From assembly GCA_028023455.1 (NCBI GenBank), contig JAQFVV010000003.1, positions 3,286,001-3,350,000 of the forward strand: a stretch of 64,000 nt of DNA, given 5' to 3'. Below, one piece after another: positions 62,231 through 64,000 of this stretch. Numbering within the stretch: position 1 is the stretch's first letter; each line of letters opens with the position of its first letter. Source of the DNA: Epiperipatus broadwayi (Eukaryota; Animalia; Onychophora). The notes beneath the pieces were generated by a model. The model worked only from the letters and a program-made list of their open reading frames with translations. It was not told the origin of the DNA and did not search any database. The translations under genes and the position numbers were made by a program.

Positions 62231-64000
62231 GAATAGATAGACTTTAAATTTATTAACTATTTTTATTTTAAATTATTATTTATATCAGTATAACTGTTCT
62301 GTCAATTCACTACTATATATATGATGTCTTATTGTTGATTTAAATCACCAATAATTTTTAACATTAATAGCTAAATTAATCTACATTTTTTTCTATCATT
62401 CTCTCTGCATTTGCTTTTATCATACTATTTCTGTTCTAATAATGACAATGGGATTACATTTGAGCAGTCAAACATCCACTTTGAAATTAAATGTACAACA
62501 ATTATAATTTCAATATTTTGTAAATTTTTTATTTACTTCTCCCTCTTTATTAAGTCAGAATCATCTCTTGATTTACAAGTAGCTGCTAATGAGAATTTCT
62601 TTTTTTCACATTATTTTTTTAAAAAAAGACAATTAAAAGTAATATTGTTCTTCCACTCTTCCAATTCATAAAAACACCCCCCCCCCCAAATTTAATATTT
62701 ATAAATTTCCTTTTTAACATGTGTTATATAATCTTTTATTTTTTAACTCAAAACTGAAAAAAGTTTTTATTTCATAATAATGTCAACATTTATTTTAGAA
62801 TATAATTTCTCAGCAAGTAGTAATTTATTTCATTTGGATAAAGTTACATTAATTTTTTGTTAGCACTTTGCTTTTTATTTTATTTTAAATGTAGCCTTTT
62901 GCTTTCAAATGATTATTGATTATCTCTTACTGTTCTAACAATGATTTTATGAAGGATATTGAATTTTCAAATGAGAGGTAGTATCCATATTTTGTTTACT
63001 TTTGTTTCTAATTTTATATTTATTCAATAACATGGATTTTCTTTTAAATTTAAGACCATTGATGTCATACTGTAAACATAACCATATGCTTGTAATACTG
63101 AAAATAGCCATCATATTTTAAAATCATTTATGCATTTTTTAAGGTGGAGCATTATGATAGTTTTATTTGTGAATTTCTAGTTCTAAAGCAGCAAACTTTT
63201 TATCATGTTGTTCAATATCAAATCATGCTGTGAGGTGTGAAGAAATAAGAATCTTCTGTGCATGAGATAGTCATATTCTCTATGTTGCTAAGAATTAATT
63301 AAAATTTTAAGCAAAAATTTTTTTGATTTGTTCTTGATTAATTCAAATAAATTCGAGTTATACTTTTATGGAGAATTCATATATTTTAACCAGCTTTTCT
63401 ATAATTAGAAATAAAATTATTAAAATTAATAGTTTAAAATTTTAATTAAAATAGTTAAGGTTTATGTACATATTTATTTTAATAAATTTATTTAAATATA
63501 AATCATTTTAACTAGTATGGATGTCTGACTGATTTTATTAATACCCTATACTCTGCTAGCACATGAACAATTAAAAAGTGCTTGTCTGATTTAAATTATT
63601 CAAAGGAATATACACATACAATATTAATATTTTTAAATGATATTTAAATATATTTATATCCATCTCTTCAATTATTTCATTATTTGTGGCAACTATTAAT
63701 ACCATAAGATTGTTTCCATATTAAACAACATAAATTTGCTACTATCAACATTGCAAAAATAGCTGTGGCAACTTTATAGTTTTCATCTCTGAATCATGCC
63801 TTAAACATCAGTTGTATTTTTGGGAGCAAAGTAAAGTCTGTTGATTTCTCATATATATGCATTTATGATAAAAATATAGTCTCCATTTCTTGAGAGTTGT
63901 TAAGTCATTGTCCAAAGTAAGGATTATCATTCAAAGTCAGAAGATGCTAAAATATCTGAGTTCTGAAATTAAGTTTTCATTCTTTAATGATTTTTTATTT

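Noticed and set aside
1-64000. CRISPR arrays, rRNA, intact tRNA genes, and the remaining short AT-rich ORFs in the track
   Set aside because: No repeat-spacer arrays or rRNA similarity seen; tRNA-like segments are damaged; the short ORFs are low-complexity F/I/L/Y/K frames expected by chance in AT-rich DNA.

Overview
Very AT-rich eukaryotic (animal, probably invertebrate) genomic DNA dominated by transposable elements and their relics. I could not call any intact host gene. Main contents: (1) a non-autonomous LTR element with unusually long (~2.1 kb) LTRs and only ~0.7 kb of interior (169-7569, TSD GTAT), carrying a nested pol-less gag-coiled-coil LTR element (2405-4794, TSD AAGAC); (2) a young, nearly intact Ty3/Gypsy element (22890-27326, TSD GTTAT, tRNA-Ser PBS) and two decayed Gypsy relics; (3) RTE, L1/Tx1-like and other LINE fragments, plus piggyBac- and mariner-like relics; (4) a tandemly duplicated multi-exon pseudogene pair for a hydrophobic membrane protein (~27.8-32.9 kb). 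The most striking signal is a set of minimal type I hammerhead ribozyme (HHR) motifs. Two unrelated non-coding families of ~445-475 nt monomers (family A: 7752-8666, 35532-36056, 57895-58135; family B: 18424-18595, 29650-29730, 30038-30641, 37003-38115, 62080-62230) each carry one HHR per monomer with a palindromic stem III. They occur as partial tandem multimers with 5' inversions and 12-14 bp target-site duplications. Three decayed Penelope-like elements (PLEs; RT and/or GIY-YIG remnants), each with its own HHR-like motif, lie in the same window. This looks like a retrozyme-like, PLE-mobilised small-RNA system. All structures were read by eye; no folding, alignment or database search was run, and relic boundaries are approximate.
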